NCBI GenBank assembly: GCA_964187785.1
Contig: OZ076409.1
Coordinates: 28,522,001-28,586,000 of the forward strand
DNA: 64,000 nt
From: Amphiscolops sp. MND2022
Taxonomy: Eukaryota
Reading direction: 5' to 3'
The position numbers and the translations under genes are program-made. The notes beneath the pieces are model-generated. The model was not told where the DNA came from. It made no database searches and saw only the letters and a program-made list of their open reading frames with translations. Positions 18,701 to 28,317 of the stretch are shown here, one piece after another (the first letter of the stretch is position 1; each line of letters begins with the position of its first letter).

Positions 18701-20777
18701 GGCCTAGAACTACTTTTTCGGTGGATATCACTAGGGATGGCTCATGATCACTTACCTCATGGACGGGTTTGAAGTGGCGTGGCGCTTTGGGGTCTCGTAT
18801 GGTGACCCTCATGGCCGTCAAGTCCACGAGAACGTTGTAAGTGCGCAAGAAGTTTCTGCCAAGTAGGAAGTCTTCCGCGCCTAGGTGATCGGCAATGACT
18901 ATGAAATTGGTTCGGAGGGTATATCCGCCCAACTGGAAGCTAACATTTTCGGCGATTCCGATGGTGTTGATGGTTTTACCATTGGCGGCATACAGTTGGA
19001 TGTCATATGGTAGGAGGCTCAAGGCGTGGGGTGATGCAATTTTTTGATAGGCTTTGAGGGAGAGAATGGAGACACCGGAACCGGTGTCTATCATTCCGTA
19101 CAAGGGTATTGGTTCCTGGATTGTGTTGCCAAAGGCAACCACCAGGGATGCTCGTTCGTCAATATGAGCCTCCCCCTGGGCATCTTGCACTCCGATGTTA
19201 TAACATCGTAACTCCTGGCGGCCCAAGTACAATCCCTGAGGGAAGTGACCTTCTAAGACTACAATAGCGTCAAATTTCATGTCTACACCGTCTACGTTAA
19301 TGGCTACCGGCACCGGAGAAACGGTCTTAACTTTCTGTATTGGGGCCAGTTTCGTTTCGTCTTCTCTCGCGAAATGTGGGAGCGGTCGCGCTGCGATAGT
19401 ATATTTCACGTTTCTGCATAATTCCTCCTTTAGTTGCGATAGCGTCAGCGTGGGTCGCGTTTTTTGTTCGGCCGAGAGAAGCAAGTGTATCGAGATAAGT
19501 GTCTCTGTGCAATCTGGGGCGGGTGCCTCTAGTGTGGTGAGTACTTGTTTCTCGCCACAAGTGACTACTACAGGTCGGGAGGGACCCCCATCTTCCGCTA
19601 CTGATATTACCCGGACTTGGTCGTCTTGGCTCAGGCCATCGAATTGACTTGGTGAAGGAGCATACCAAGCTGCACGGATTTGTTCTTCGTGACTCATTTG
19701 CTCCAAGGCCATGCATTCTGACGCCGAGTGCTCAGTACGGCCGCAATTAATGCAGAAGGCAACTGTGCCTTGGGTTGGTAGGGATGCTGGGAAAACATCA
19801 TAGTTCAAGCCATGTGGCTGGGAGGGGCACACCCAACTACCTGTCGGGTTCGTGTGACAGGAGTTCACTTGCTGTTGTACCGGCTTCCGTGCACGGTCTT
19901 TCAGGGGGCAGTCCACCACAAAATGCGATGGGTCACCGCAGTTGAAGCACGCTCTTTGGGGTTGCTGTCGATAGGCTGCCGGTGGCATGGGTTGTTGTTG
20001 GTATGCTGCTGGTTGGGGAGGCTGTTGTTGTTGCATTTTTTGGGCAGGCGCGGGTGCTACTGGAGACTGATTTGGTTGTTGGATATTGGCTTGTTGTTGT
20101 GGAGGGGGCATCATTGGGTAGTTGTCCGAACGAGTTGAGCCTCGCATGCGTAAGTATTGTTGTACTGTGAAGCGGAGGGCTTCCACTGTTGGCGGGGTTT
20201 CCACGTATTGTTCCGGTGCATACATTAGCGCGAGGTTCCTTTTTAGTTCGAAGTTGCGTACTCCCTCAATGAATCTTTGCATGATTTCGTATCGACGAAC
20301 TGTCACCTCTTCATTGGGGTAACCTTGACTACGCAGGCCTTCGAGGGCGTCAAGGTACTGCATGTAGTCCTCCTCGCTATTCTGGTTGCGGGTTCTAAAT
20401 TGCTGTTGGATATGGATTTTGCTGGAACCTGTCCCAAAGCGACGCGCCAGCAACGCGAATACTTTTTCGTCAGTGTCCCTCTCGGCTTCGGACTTATTCG
20501 TGATGTAATCTCTGGCTTCATGCTCTAGATACTCAATTATTGTCCACGCTTTATCGAGGGGGGTCGCCTTAGGGTGTGCTTTTTCCAAATGGCGTTTCAT
20601 TAACATCATCCATCCATCTGCGTTTCCGTCTCGGGTTCCTCTATATTTCGTGGGCTTGTTTTTAGATTCCTTGGCGGCGAGCAACGGCTCCAAGCCTTTA
20701 GACATTGCCGTAGATATTGCTTCCGCTAGTGCTTGTCGTTGGGTAGTTCTCGGCGTGTCTGGGGTCTCTTCTGCCAT
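12735..20777 (-). CDS. gag-pol: Element A Gag-Pol (2,680 aa): capsid, 2 CCHC knuckles, protease-like domain + protease, RT, RNase H, integrase, RGRP motifs, Cys cluster, 2 macro-like domains
   Basis: CFNCGDPSHFVVDC, CINCGRTEHSASEC, MIDTGS, YIDD (17601-17612), LDTDAS, HDESGH...CLTC, QFDH/SDNA/VERQN and WRGPHKV. Confidence 0.97.
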   Translation of the reverse strand: MAEETPDTPRTTQRQALAEAISTAMSKGLEPLLAAKESKNKPTKYRGTRDGNADGWMMLMKRHLEKAHPKATPLDKAWTIIEYLEHEARDYITNKSEAERDTDEKVFALLARRFGTGSSKIHIQQQFRTRNQNSEEDYMQYLDALEGLRSQGYPNEEVTVRRYEIMQRFIEGVRNFELKRNLALMYAPEQYVETPPTVEALRFTVQQYLRMRGSTRSDNYPMMPPPQQQANIQQPNQSPVAPAPAQKMQQQQPPQPAAYQQQPMPPAAYRQQPQRACFNCGDPSHFVVDCPLKDRARKPVQQQVNSCHTNPTGSWVCPSQPHGLNYDVFPASLPTQGTVAFCINCGRTEHSASECMALEQMSHEEQIRAAWYAPSPSQFDGLSQDDQVRVISVAEDGGPSRPVVVTCGEKQVLTTLEAPAPDCTETLISIHLLLSAEQKTRPTLTLSQLKEELCRNVKYTIAARPLPHFAREDETKLAPIQKVKTVSPVPVAINVDGVDMKFDAIVVLEGHFPQGLYLGRQELRCYNIGVQDAQGEAHIDERASLVVAFGNTIQEPIPLYGMIDTGSGVSILSLKAYQKIASPHALSLLPYDIQLYAANGKTINTIGIAENVSFQLGGYTLRTNFIVIADHLGAEDFLLGRNFLRTYNVLVDLTAMRVTIRDPKAPRHFKPVHEVSDHEPSLVISTEKVVLGPYERKLVRAQVISQKHNEYLFRNVMIRPQGVYKRSPFVSEDTLTSVGDEGIVFIALRNTTPSENVTIQTKTVLGKAEPTSFVLQPVAADTATEIDKPLFEQVNRVYTEEWLNETSSEYSSFAQNFLSSTEISEEGLLESEKRAQTDPQLLKPIPGPDLSSVLSSWGEGARDQLASVLSEYDDLFMKHKADIGRCKIAKHRIELEPEAIPHREGARRMSPDKAAKANQEVRNLLALGLIQPSYSPWASGIVMVKKKTGELRFCCDFRPLNDVTVKDAFPLPRIDESLSRIGNAKIFTSIDLAWAFWQIPLKKRDRRKTAFACELGLFEWRRMPFGLCNASATFQRSITRALQRIQQRHGSVVMAYIDDIVIATETIEDHIVRIKEVFECLREAGFKMRAEKCDFMRTETKYLGRVVSSEGIRPDPEAIVKIQEWMPPRNKEELQSFLGFANYYRDFVLFHAAKVQPLQELLKKSQHFHWEIKHQEAFDAVKEALANATALAAPNEDGRFVLDTDASAVAIAGILHQEQEHNGKTILRPIVFGSKSLTKTQLNYGAPKLEMYAVFYFIEKFHSYLAGREFTLRVDNQALSWLKTYSMDQAMIGRWIARLDQYNFKTIHRPRTQHRNVDGLSKRTNDYVHREKILEKLPEVSEGFNFMTKEDYEALPTVPYFDKHGRPIPNHPELPPEARAQLPLLYILGKRPKTSLQETPVNDAPWYPQIQWEATPTTDEDHRPSHILSITTKVPPARLDTGEPDPVLEEMPPECQTQANALRTVGTELHEHFLTRRGLKDLHLAQNRDVHLLALRKLMNGEPLEETMFPEDVQDFARRYFHQKKDLLFLNPDDILCVNYVPQQRALHVRPCMIVMPQLYQHEILYRAHDESGHQGVGKVLARVQERHTWPGIKRDIVNHIKHCLTCQQTKHPAGNPCYPLQNINSSNFNDLVQFDHLKLCKTESGNTGLLVMIDHFTKFAEAVPCAHDEYDAQTTAKIILNKWFARHGTPARMQSDNATNFTAEIAQELMKASQVTKVTSTPAHPRGNGLVERQNRTLLTLLRVYTSRRMQDWDEHIDGILGAYNSTRHATTGFSPYMLQHGAEKSIPLSFIYPEFAARGFDSKEEFVEHLLARQQEIHELVRRNTHQAQLRQKLKFDRHLKAKAHTVGDAVWVFCHIIPKGGTRKLIRAWRGPHKVTDVLQDGRLYVLDTGQKVHYERLKKHVPAPWDWAAHQPFGPDQNVAIIADPYVEESNEEIASDISQDSFLPEQLPEASFEMEPTGSIPPRTIQTRTQTALEQGIPRRRFSHFGYPSNSDSEREENEPPIQSPPPPVVFPDLDDLEPLYSDQEEIQPAVPTSLIPSPSGTSAPLLSNPSLTDTLSNFPLFGPQLEDPIDPIEIKPKSETENEEEITYRSPSHCSTQPDTTNRRGRPRGRPTGRGRPRAIPSSRTTTSSRTQTARSRRGPRTRMSTRAPPRKLDRAMTLPEIPESQQPPDVQDSEPRPPSRTSRYQLRANRAPRYKCGTCGSRNCSCVKHLTRDSPDNRLARGAVVPARDLLMARTHCHPQHEILTVQAQREKVETPPLVHHLIITVEKTFTSVEREVIPPLEETLKAMHATSPSDCPTYRFKEWTPPHRGGLEFTLHAIIPPLPPSMTFGELAKEDNSPEMIRCITAHQLWEKYHIVSPPGDIYQPTIGWWLLVTSLDATTLVSPTTLLMCLESLRTVTEPENTLCFHMADIYRGKFLSQHWLQLIAVVFCRQAKIHFLDRQFYTPEKPVTVSEALSIVHDWSSTNLGDRPLRRTVWEDRKAILQHLAPRPTDDQSKTTGKWLITQPKTRPNYLPWISYDNTDILQAPGTVILCCPADLLSYSATIRYVIREYGQENIFRLRPSVGTAIRLTRSPTAPWNNEIFLLCTRASNKHPLLHEVLHACLTNLITQLHRNHITRIHLPIYDPERSMNLLPAWYATLRDHFADHNITIILHDRVYVTIASITSANFGGS

Positions 20778-22433
20778 TCAGGGCATTTCTTCAATGTCGC
20801 TGTGTTCGCCTTTGCCTTGTTCTAAATTCCGCTTGTTTGTCATCTTACGCTGTGTACTGGTGGCCACTGGCCGCGGAACGAAGTCTCTGAACGTCTGCGT
20901 TCGCGCAGGTGGGCGGAATGCTGCACTGGAATCGGCCGTGTAGTAGCTGGTCCTGCGGGTGTTCGTTTCGTCGGCGGCGGAATGAAAATCGCCGGAGGTT
21001 GATGTTCCGCGAGCGTACTGTTCAAACGACGGCGGGTCAGTCATTGGGTCCGTACCTGCGTCTCGTGATTCCGCGTGGGTTACTTTAGCCACCTTGCTAG
21101 CTTTAGACAGGTCACGCCTGTACGTTGCGGGCGGCACTAGTTTTGGAGGCCTAGGAGGCTCTACTGTGTGTTGTGCCACCGTCCTATAATGAGGTTGGGG
21201 AGCTTCGCTTGTAGATGGCATTTCGGTCTGTTGATATTTTTGGGGAATCCGCGGCGCCGTTTGTGCTTGCTGCGCGGGGGTTTGCGACACGATTGCTTTC
21301 ACTCCCAATGTCAAATCTTGCATTGCCATCATCAAGTCCGTCATGCGGACATTGGAGTCTATGTCACGACGCTGCATCGTGTTTGTCATTGCTTTCATGC
21401 GTTCATCTGCTTGGCGGTCTCTTTCTCTCATTATTGCAGACATCTCGGCCATGCGAGCGTCCGCTGTAGCTTCTCTCTGTTTAATCAGATCATTGAGAGA
21501 TGCCATTGACGCTTCCAGTCGACCTTGATTTTGTCGCCCCTCCGCTTGCATTTCCAACAGACCTTTTCGTAGCTCGTCCATGTCCCTCATTATCATGTCG
21601 GCGCGCATCTCATGTTCGTTGTTTTCCCTCGCCAGCCTCGTCTGAACTTGAGCTAGCTGAGCCAGACTACTCTGAAAGTCTTCTCGAACCGTTTGCATTT
21701 CCTTCCTTGCTTTGGTTATTGTTGAGTCAAGATTGGTGTCGGCGCTAGCTTGAGAGTCTGGTGTGTGAGACGTTTGACTCGCATTCGCATAGTTAATCTT
21801 TGGTGTTACCGAGGGTGGCGTTCGAAAAACATATCTCAACGGATTCTCTGTTATGTTCGTCTTCGAGTTTTCCACTGGCCCGTTCGACGTTTTGGCCGGT
21901 GCTTCCGGTAGCGCATATCCGCTTCGGAAGGGATTCCCGCCTACGCTATTGATCATCTCCTGGGAACCCAGGGGGTTCCTTTCGACTTCTGCCATCCTTG
22001 GGTCCGCCCGTGGAGTCATTGGAGTGTCATTTTGTTCGTTGGGGGTATCAACAATGCTGGGCTCACTGGTGGGCCCTTGGTTGGAGTTTGGCCAGTTTTC
22101 CAAGCTGTAGTCAGTGACTTCCAGCGGAGGCCATGTGTTTCTTTGCGTGTTGTTCTCAGTATTATCCGGTAGATTGGTGCTATCGGGGGAGGCTCGCGAG
22201 GAGTTAGGCTGGGTAGTGGCAACGGCTATCTCCGCGTTTTGTTCCTGGCTCGGTACGAAGTCAGACATAGCTTCTGAAATTACGGTGGCTATGGCTGAAT
22301 CTAATCTACATTCGTTTTGTTCGGTTGTGGTTTCCGTTCTTCTTCCGAAAGGGTTGGTGGCATGGAAGTCGCTAATGATGGCGTTAGTCTCGCGTCGTTC
22401 CATGGCCACGAGATGTAATATTTTAGCTTCCAT
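20778..22433 (-). CDS. Element A N-terminal Gag segment (coiled-coil, low complexity), separated from Gag-Pol by one in-frame TGA
   Basis: Same frame as 12735-20777 (CCC TGA ATG). It corresponds in position and composition to the first ~550 aa of the single 3,255-aa ORF of element B. First ATG is at 22433. Confidence 0.85.
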   Translation of the reverse strand: MEAKILHLVAMERRETNAIISDFHATNPFGRRTETTTEQNECRLDSAIATVISEAMSDFVPSQEQNAEIAVATTQPNSSRASPDSTNLPDNTENNTQRNTWPPLEVTDYSLENWPNSNQGPTSEPSIVDTPNEQNDTPMTPRADPRMAEVERNPLGSQEMINSVGGNPFRSGYALPEAPAKTSNGPVENSKTNITENPLRYVFRTPPSVTPKINYANASQTSHTPDSQASADTNLDSTITKARKEMQTVREDFQSSLAQLAQVQTRLARENNEHEMRADMIMRDMDELRKGLLEMQAEGRQNQGRLEASMASLNDLIKQREATADARMAEMSAIMRERDRQADERMKAMTNTMQRRDIDSNVRMTDLMMAMQDLTLGVKAIVSQTPAQQAQTAPRIPQKYQQTEMPSTSEAPQPHYRTVAQHTVEPPRPPKLVPPATYRRDLSKASKVAKVTHAESRDAGTDPMTDPPSFEQYARGTSTSGDFHSAADETNTRRTSYYTADSSAAFRPPARTQTFRDFVPRPVATSTQRKMTNKRNLEQGKGEHSDIEEMP

Positions 22434-25380
22434 TGCGTGTGAAGCTTCCACTATATAGTTGACAAAATTAAAGGTAACAAAAAAAAATTTTTTTTTGGCT
22501 TTTCTCTACTTCCCTTTTCTCTACTTCCTTCCCCCCACAAAACAAATGGCAGATGATGGAATGAGGAGGGTTTGCTTTGACTAAGTAACTCAAAAGGCTA
22601 TTATCTAAACTGCACTGAATAGCTGACTGACTAGGCCATTTAGCGCGCCTTGTCACTCGTCTTTCTTATATTGGGGTAAAGATTTGCTAAATGGGCGTGA
22701 ATTGCCTCCTACATCTGTGGAGTGCACTAGGTACACTATCGCAGGTTTGGCTAACTAAAATTTCCTCCGCTTTCTCCTCACCAAGAAGGTTCGACTTTCT
22801 TCAACGAAAATTTTTCTTCCCTTTTTTTTTTGTGAGTTTGGGAACAATGGGTGGGCTGATTCGGGGACAATGGGTGGACAATGGATTGGAAATAATTTGG
22901 GGCTTGATTGGGAGTGTGTGGTCTAAGTATCGAGTGATGGCCTGGTCTATGGCTTTATGGCTCGTGGGTGAAGGGGTTACAACGATATGGATGGTTTTCC
23001 CTGTCCTTGTTCTAGTTTCTCTACGCGTTCCGCAAACCTGGTCTGTAATTGTTTTGATATTCTCAGGCGCACTCTCGCACCCTCAGGGTATGCGAGGCGT
23101 AGAGTTGAGGTGGTTATGGCGAGTAGATTGCACCTAGGCGACCTTAGCGGCGGGGAAGAAACGAATTTCGATTTTTGGAGTTACCGTCTTTTGATCTCGT
23201 AGAGCGTTTAGTGGAAGATCGTTGATCTTGGGGCCAATTCTATATGGATTTTATAGGTTCGGTAAGGCGTGTGGGGTTTGCCCGATGCGTTAAACAGGTG
23301 GTATCAGCCCTGAATGGGGTGTATCAGGATTGGAAATGCTTGGGTTTTCAACTAAATTTTACTCAGAATCTTGTTTTTCTCGTCAAGTAGTACCTTCGGC
23401 GAAGGTGAAAATCACTTCTAGTGGTGCTAGCGACCTGAAAATTTCACAACGCCTAGTACACTAGCTGAATCGTGGGGAACGAGCTCTCGATTGCGTTAAA
23501 ATTGATTCTGCATGTGTCACGGCCACTTAACAATGTTCACTGAGAAATTGGCTATGTCGCGAATTTCGCAATAAGTGGTCAAACTCGCCTTCTAGGCGTC
23601 CTAGCTATCTGAAATTTTGTATGCGAGCGTGAATTATGCCCACGTAACAGAAAAATAAGTTAGCAGGGTGCCCAGGTCAATATTTCGCAATCCGAGTCGA
23701 CAAAACTATGATGTACCCTGTATGTCACTTTCAGGGGCTAAAATTCACAAAATTGTCAATTTCTTTAAGTTGGGTAGTAGCCGGCTGCTCAAATTGCACA
23801 AATCGTCGTGATCCAGTGCCGTGTGCACGAAAATGCAAGAATTTTAGTGTTGGGGTACCTGCGAGGTATTGCACTATGCTCAACTAAAATTCAACTTTTT
23901 CGACATTTTCGGATCATTTTTGAGCAAAACTGCGGCTAAGATTTCTCGATCACTAGTAATGGTAGCGCTACGAAAATTACACCACTAACGTAACTTTTTG
24001 CCGTCTACACGATGGTGCAATCCGTTTTGGGCTACTCCTGCTATGAGAGATTTCGACTTTTCTTTGAAACACTATTTCAATGTTCCGATAATGTCGCAAA
24101 AATAGCACGTTTTGGGCTATTTCTTAACAACCACTGGTTGGAATCACTCGCGGTTTTCGGCGTTAGTAATCTAGTACTCTCTACTAACAGAAAATAGGCG
24201 AGCGAAACCTGGCAGGTTCCAAATAAGGTCTCTCAAAATTGATTTTAGGTTACACCTTGGACACTCTGGGAACACCTATGAAAAACACGTATTTTCCCTA
24301 GGAACTTTTTATTCTTCGGTTCCCAGAGGTTCGAGATAGTTCTAACAGTATAGTAGGAAGGTGTAACTACTTTATTTAGGGGAGTGGGGTTCTTTCAATT
24401 ATTACTTTTGATGTTATACCTCTCAGGTCTATGGGGTCCTGTACTCAGGTCTATTTTAATGAAAGAAAAGTGATGTTAAAACTTCAATTTATATTGGGGG
24501 TGGTCAAAAACCGTCTTGGTAGTAGTATTGCGTACTACCAAGCACAACAACAAAATTTTTGGGCCTTTCAAGAGGCTTGGGAACAAACACCCAATGCTTC
24601 GCCCTTACCAAAATTGGTCAAAATGGCCAATTTTGACGATTTTTAAACAAAAGTTCGCTGAAATTTTCATGTTTTCTTGAAAAATAGCCCAACAAAAACT
24701 TTTGTTCTCGACCTGGTAGGTCCGACAGAACGTTTTTCAGGTATTCCCACAGGCCGTAAACAATTCTATAAAATTTTGGCTTTCAAAACGGGAAATTTCG
24801 ATATTTGAGCTGTTATTAGTGTCATTTTTGGCGTTTTCGGGTTCAAGTCCTTAAAATAACTGATGTAAATACCCTGTGGGTATTATTCACAGTTAATTTG
24901 TGCAAAAACAGGCCTGGGAATACTAATTTGGGGCTAGAAAACGTAAAGGGAACGAAATAACCCAGTTATTTTCGGTGAATCGGCACCAGGTGGGGAGGAA
25001 GAGGTTATGACGTGAAGCACCTGCAGTCCTGCACTCAGCTAGTTCGGGTCTTCACAAACCGTCCTCGCAGTCCCTATACATTGCTAATTAGCTGAAAAGA
25101 AGCTGGAAAACCCGTTAAAACACGTTCCGGATAAGCCGGAATAGCTCTTTTAATGAGTACAGATAAGGTACAAGGGGGTACACGGTTTCAAACTGTCTTT
25201 TTCAGGCTAGGGACCTCGGAAACATGCAGGAAACGCAGGAAAAACACTAATATAAGGCCCAAAGGGCTAGAATAAAGCAATAAAAACAATCTAGGACTCT
25301 CCCAAAAGCTTCTCCTAGATCCGGACCTTTCGGGGCCGGAAAGCAGAAGTTGCTCCTAGCAGGACGCGGTAAGGAAAAAT

Positions 25381-25398
25381 ATCCCTCTGTGGTCGCCA
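25381..25398 (-). promoter_or_regulatory. Element A primer-binding site, tRNA-Arg-like
   Basis: Minus strand TGGCGACCACAGAGGGAT, 18 nt, starting TGG (complement of CCA). Identical in element B. Resembles the 3' end of metazoan tRNA-Arg(TCG); the isoacceptor call is from memory. Confidence 0.88.
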
Positions 25399-25414
25399 TA
25401 AAAACTATTCCAGA

Positions 25415-26123
25415 TGTAACGTCCGGCTAGCGGCGCACATCTAGGAAGAGGGACAATGCCTAGGGTGCTTAAACAGGAGACCGTTGTCTTACTACACTCC
25501 TAAACACTAGTTTTTGATCCCAAAATGGTCTCCATGGGGGACTTTTCTAACGTCTAAGGAGACTCCTCTAATTAGAGCTCCGAGGCGACGTGCCGGCACT
25601 CTCAAAGTCCGGACACGCCCCACAAGCCTGTAAAAACGTATCCTAAGGTTTTAGCGCATTCCTGCTATCTCCTACATACTTCCGAGGTCCAAAAAGGTGT
25701 TTATCCGAAAAATGTCATTTCGACGGTTATGGGCATGAAGTGCCGACCTAGAAGGTCAGGCACGGGAAAAATAACAAAATGCATTAATATAAATTAACAA
25801 AATAAAGGGGGACAGGCCCCGAGTGGAAATACAGTTACTGTTTGCAGGTTTTCGGGGATCCAGTCATGTAGTTCTAGAATGGCTCTGCTTTCCCAGGGAT
25901 GACATGGCACCGGGTAGCGTTCTTCGAATTCTATCCCGTGGATCTTCATGTCGTCAGTCGTCTACTTCTTTTTCATCTCCTGTCGTTCTTCTCGTTCACG
26001 TGTTCTCTCTTTCATTTTTGTGGGCTTTAAGGACCTGCCAGGTCGGCCATTTTGATTCGCACCTTTTTTGGTTCTTGATCGAATTTTTCAACGAAAACTT
26101 GGTGTTGACTGGTGGACGTTACA
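25415..26123 (-). repeat. Element A 5' LTR (709 bp)
   Basis: Direct repeat of 7015-7723 (offset 18,400); followed by TTG. Confidence 0.97.
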
Positions 26124-28317
26124 TTGTGTCGTCAAAATGTTGCATTTTTGTTTTCAAAGAAGCCTCTTGCACATCGAATTCTTTCGTTTTTGAAGTATTT
26201 CAAGATTCTGAGCCACGAAGTCTGTCGAAAAGTTGACAACATTGCTTGAAAGTAATAAAATATGAAAAATAGCTTTTTTGGGTCATTCTGGAGTCTTTGG
26301 GGTCAACCAAAATGGTCCAAAATTGTGTACAAATACATATCGATACTAAGTTTGCGTCAGTTGAATTCTATGTTTAAAATTTTTTTTTTTGGATATAATT
26401 TTGGAACATGGCAAATCGTGTGAAAAAAACGGGGCTGACTTGAATATTTTCTTTTCCCACATGAAGTATGGACGAAAAATAATAAATAAACGTCGTAAAA
26501 AAAGAATTGGTTTTGGCTGTTTTTTAACTGGTGCTAAACTTACATGTTTTGGAGAGCGAGCGCTCATCTACAAAACGTTTTATCTTCATTCTGGATACAT
26601 TTAAAATGTGTTTTCAGCATAAGTCTTCTCATAGAATAATTTAGAAAAAGTAAAAGCCTACTATAGCAGTGGTTTTTCAAGAGGCTCGAAGTGACAGGTT
26701 TATTCAAGTGACAAAGTTACTTTAAATGACAAGTTATTAATAAGGTAACTTCTTACTGCCACTTGGTCGAAAGGTTACCCCAGATTTTCTGAGGTCTGAG
26801 GAGCACAATTCACAAATCAGAGAAAAATTTAGCCTACTTCTGAGATAAACTTTTGAAATTTTCCATTAAAAATGAAGCTAAACAGGAAAAAGTAAGTGTT
26901 GAAATTTTTATTGCCCAAAGTATCATTCGGTCATTTTTGACTTTTCATTGGTATGAAAATTCACAACGAAACAAGGACACAAAAGTCTCTAACATGAGAT
27001 GATTCATTCAAAATACGGATTTTTTAAAATTCGTCGGTAAGTCGCAGAGTACAAAAAAACCTAAAGTGGCCCTCTATGCTCGGTTACTTTGAGGGTTACT
27101 CGAAACTTCTTAGGTTAGCTTCACAACAATGGTCTACCTCTGTAATTTTTAACGTGCTTGTTTCGGCGGTGATATCATTCAAATTTTAATCCATTTCAAA
27201 TGATTTTGAGTCATATTTTGAGTTTTTTCTATTCCCGCAAAGAGCTTGAAACAAAGTCAAAAGTATCTACAAATGGACTTGCTTTTGAAGTCAAAGATCA
27301 ATTTCACCGGAACTTTCAAATTTCGTCCAAACAACTGAAATTTGAAGATTTTAATTGGTAAAATATTTCAAAAGAACTGGCGTCACACAAAGTTTGCTTT
27401 TTGAACCGTCAACTGAATGTTCGAGAAACTCGTCGTTCAAAATACAGGATATGATAAAAACAATCCAAAGGCTTCTTCTTCAGTCAACAGTTTTTCAAAG
27501 TGTTCCAAAGTTTTCATTTTTTATAGTGTTTTTGAAAGTTCTTTTTCTTCAAACTTTCGGTGGAACAGAAACCAAAGAAAACTTCGGAAAAATGTCGAAA
27601 GTTTCAATTTTTGCAACGTTCTGTGCCTGCTAGGAATGATACTTGCAGAATTAGTATTTAAATACTTCAAGGTGGAAACGTTTTGCGGTGCTCAATGGGA
27701 TGACCAGACCGCTGTTTGCAGTTGCACTCCTGATATCACTCTTTGAGCTTGGTCCATTATAGTGAGCACCTGTTCTTCTATTGCTGTGAAAAAGATGCAA
27801 TTCAGTACATCAACGGACCCAAATCTGTAATGACCCAGTAAAAAAATTAATTCACTTTTTGAAAATTAGAAAATTTGAAAACTCTGATTAGAAAAGTTTC
27901 TGAATTATCAATGGATACTTCAACAACCCTTTTGTCATTAAGGGAACAAAATGTCAATTCATTTTGCAGTAATACCAAGCATGTAATTGTATATAATATG
28001 TTATGGTTCCATACAAATCCATCGAAACAGCATGACATTATTGTATGGAATCATATGGGTTGCATTGGTTCAGGGTTTTGCCAAAATCATAATGTTTCTC
28101 GAACTTTGAAATCATTGTATTTTTGCATTCAAATCAGAAACTACTTTTAGTAATTTAGTAAGTAAAAGTGTGATACTAGTTGAGATTTTGTTTGGGGTCG
28201 TAATCTATTTAAAACCTTAATAACACCATTTTGAATATATATTGATTGGTATAATTTTGAAATAAATGCATTTTTGAGGGGCTGAAATTTATCGATGAGG
28301 TAACTAAATTTATCATG

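Larger units (their letters stand above)
7015..26123 (-). mobile_element. Full-length giant Ty3/Gypsy LTR retrotransposon A (19,109 bp)
   Basis: Two 709-bp LTRs, PBS, PPT, Gag-PR-RT-RH-IN order (Gypsy), an extra ORF3 and TSD TTG. Confidence 0.97.

Noticed and set aside
12735..20777. Tyrosine-recombinase (DIRS-like) explanation for the short duplications
   Set aside because: Both elements have a full HHCC-DDE integrase, protease, direct LTRs, PBS and PPT. No YR motifs were recognised.
22691..23137. 148-aa plus-strand ORF in the element A leader
   Set aside because: It is antisense, low complexity and has no counterpart in B.
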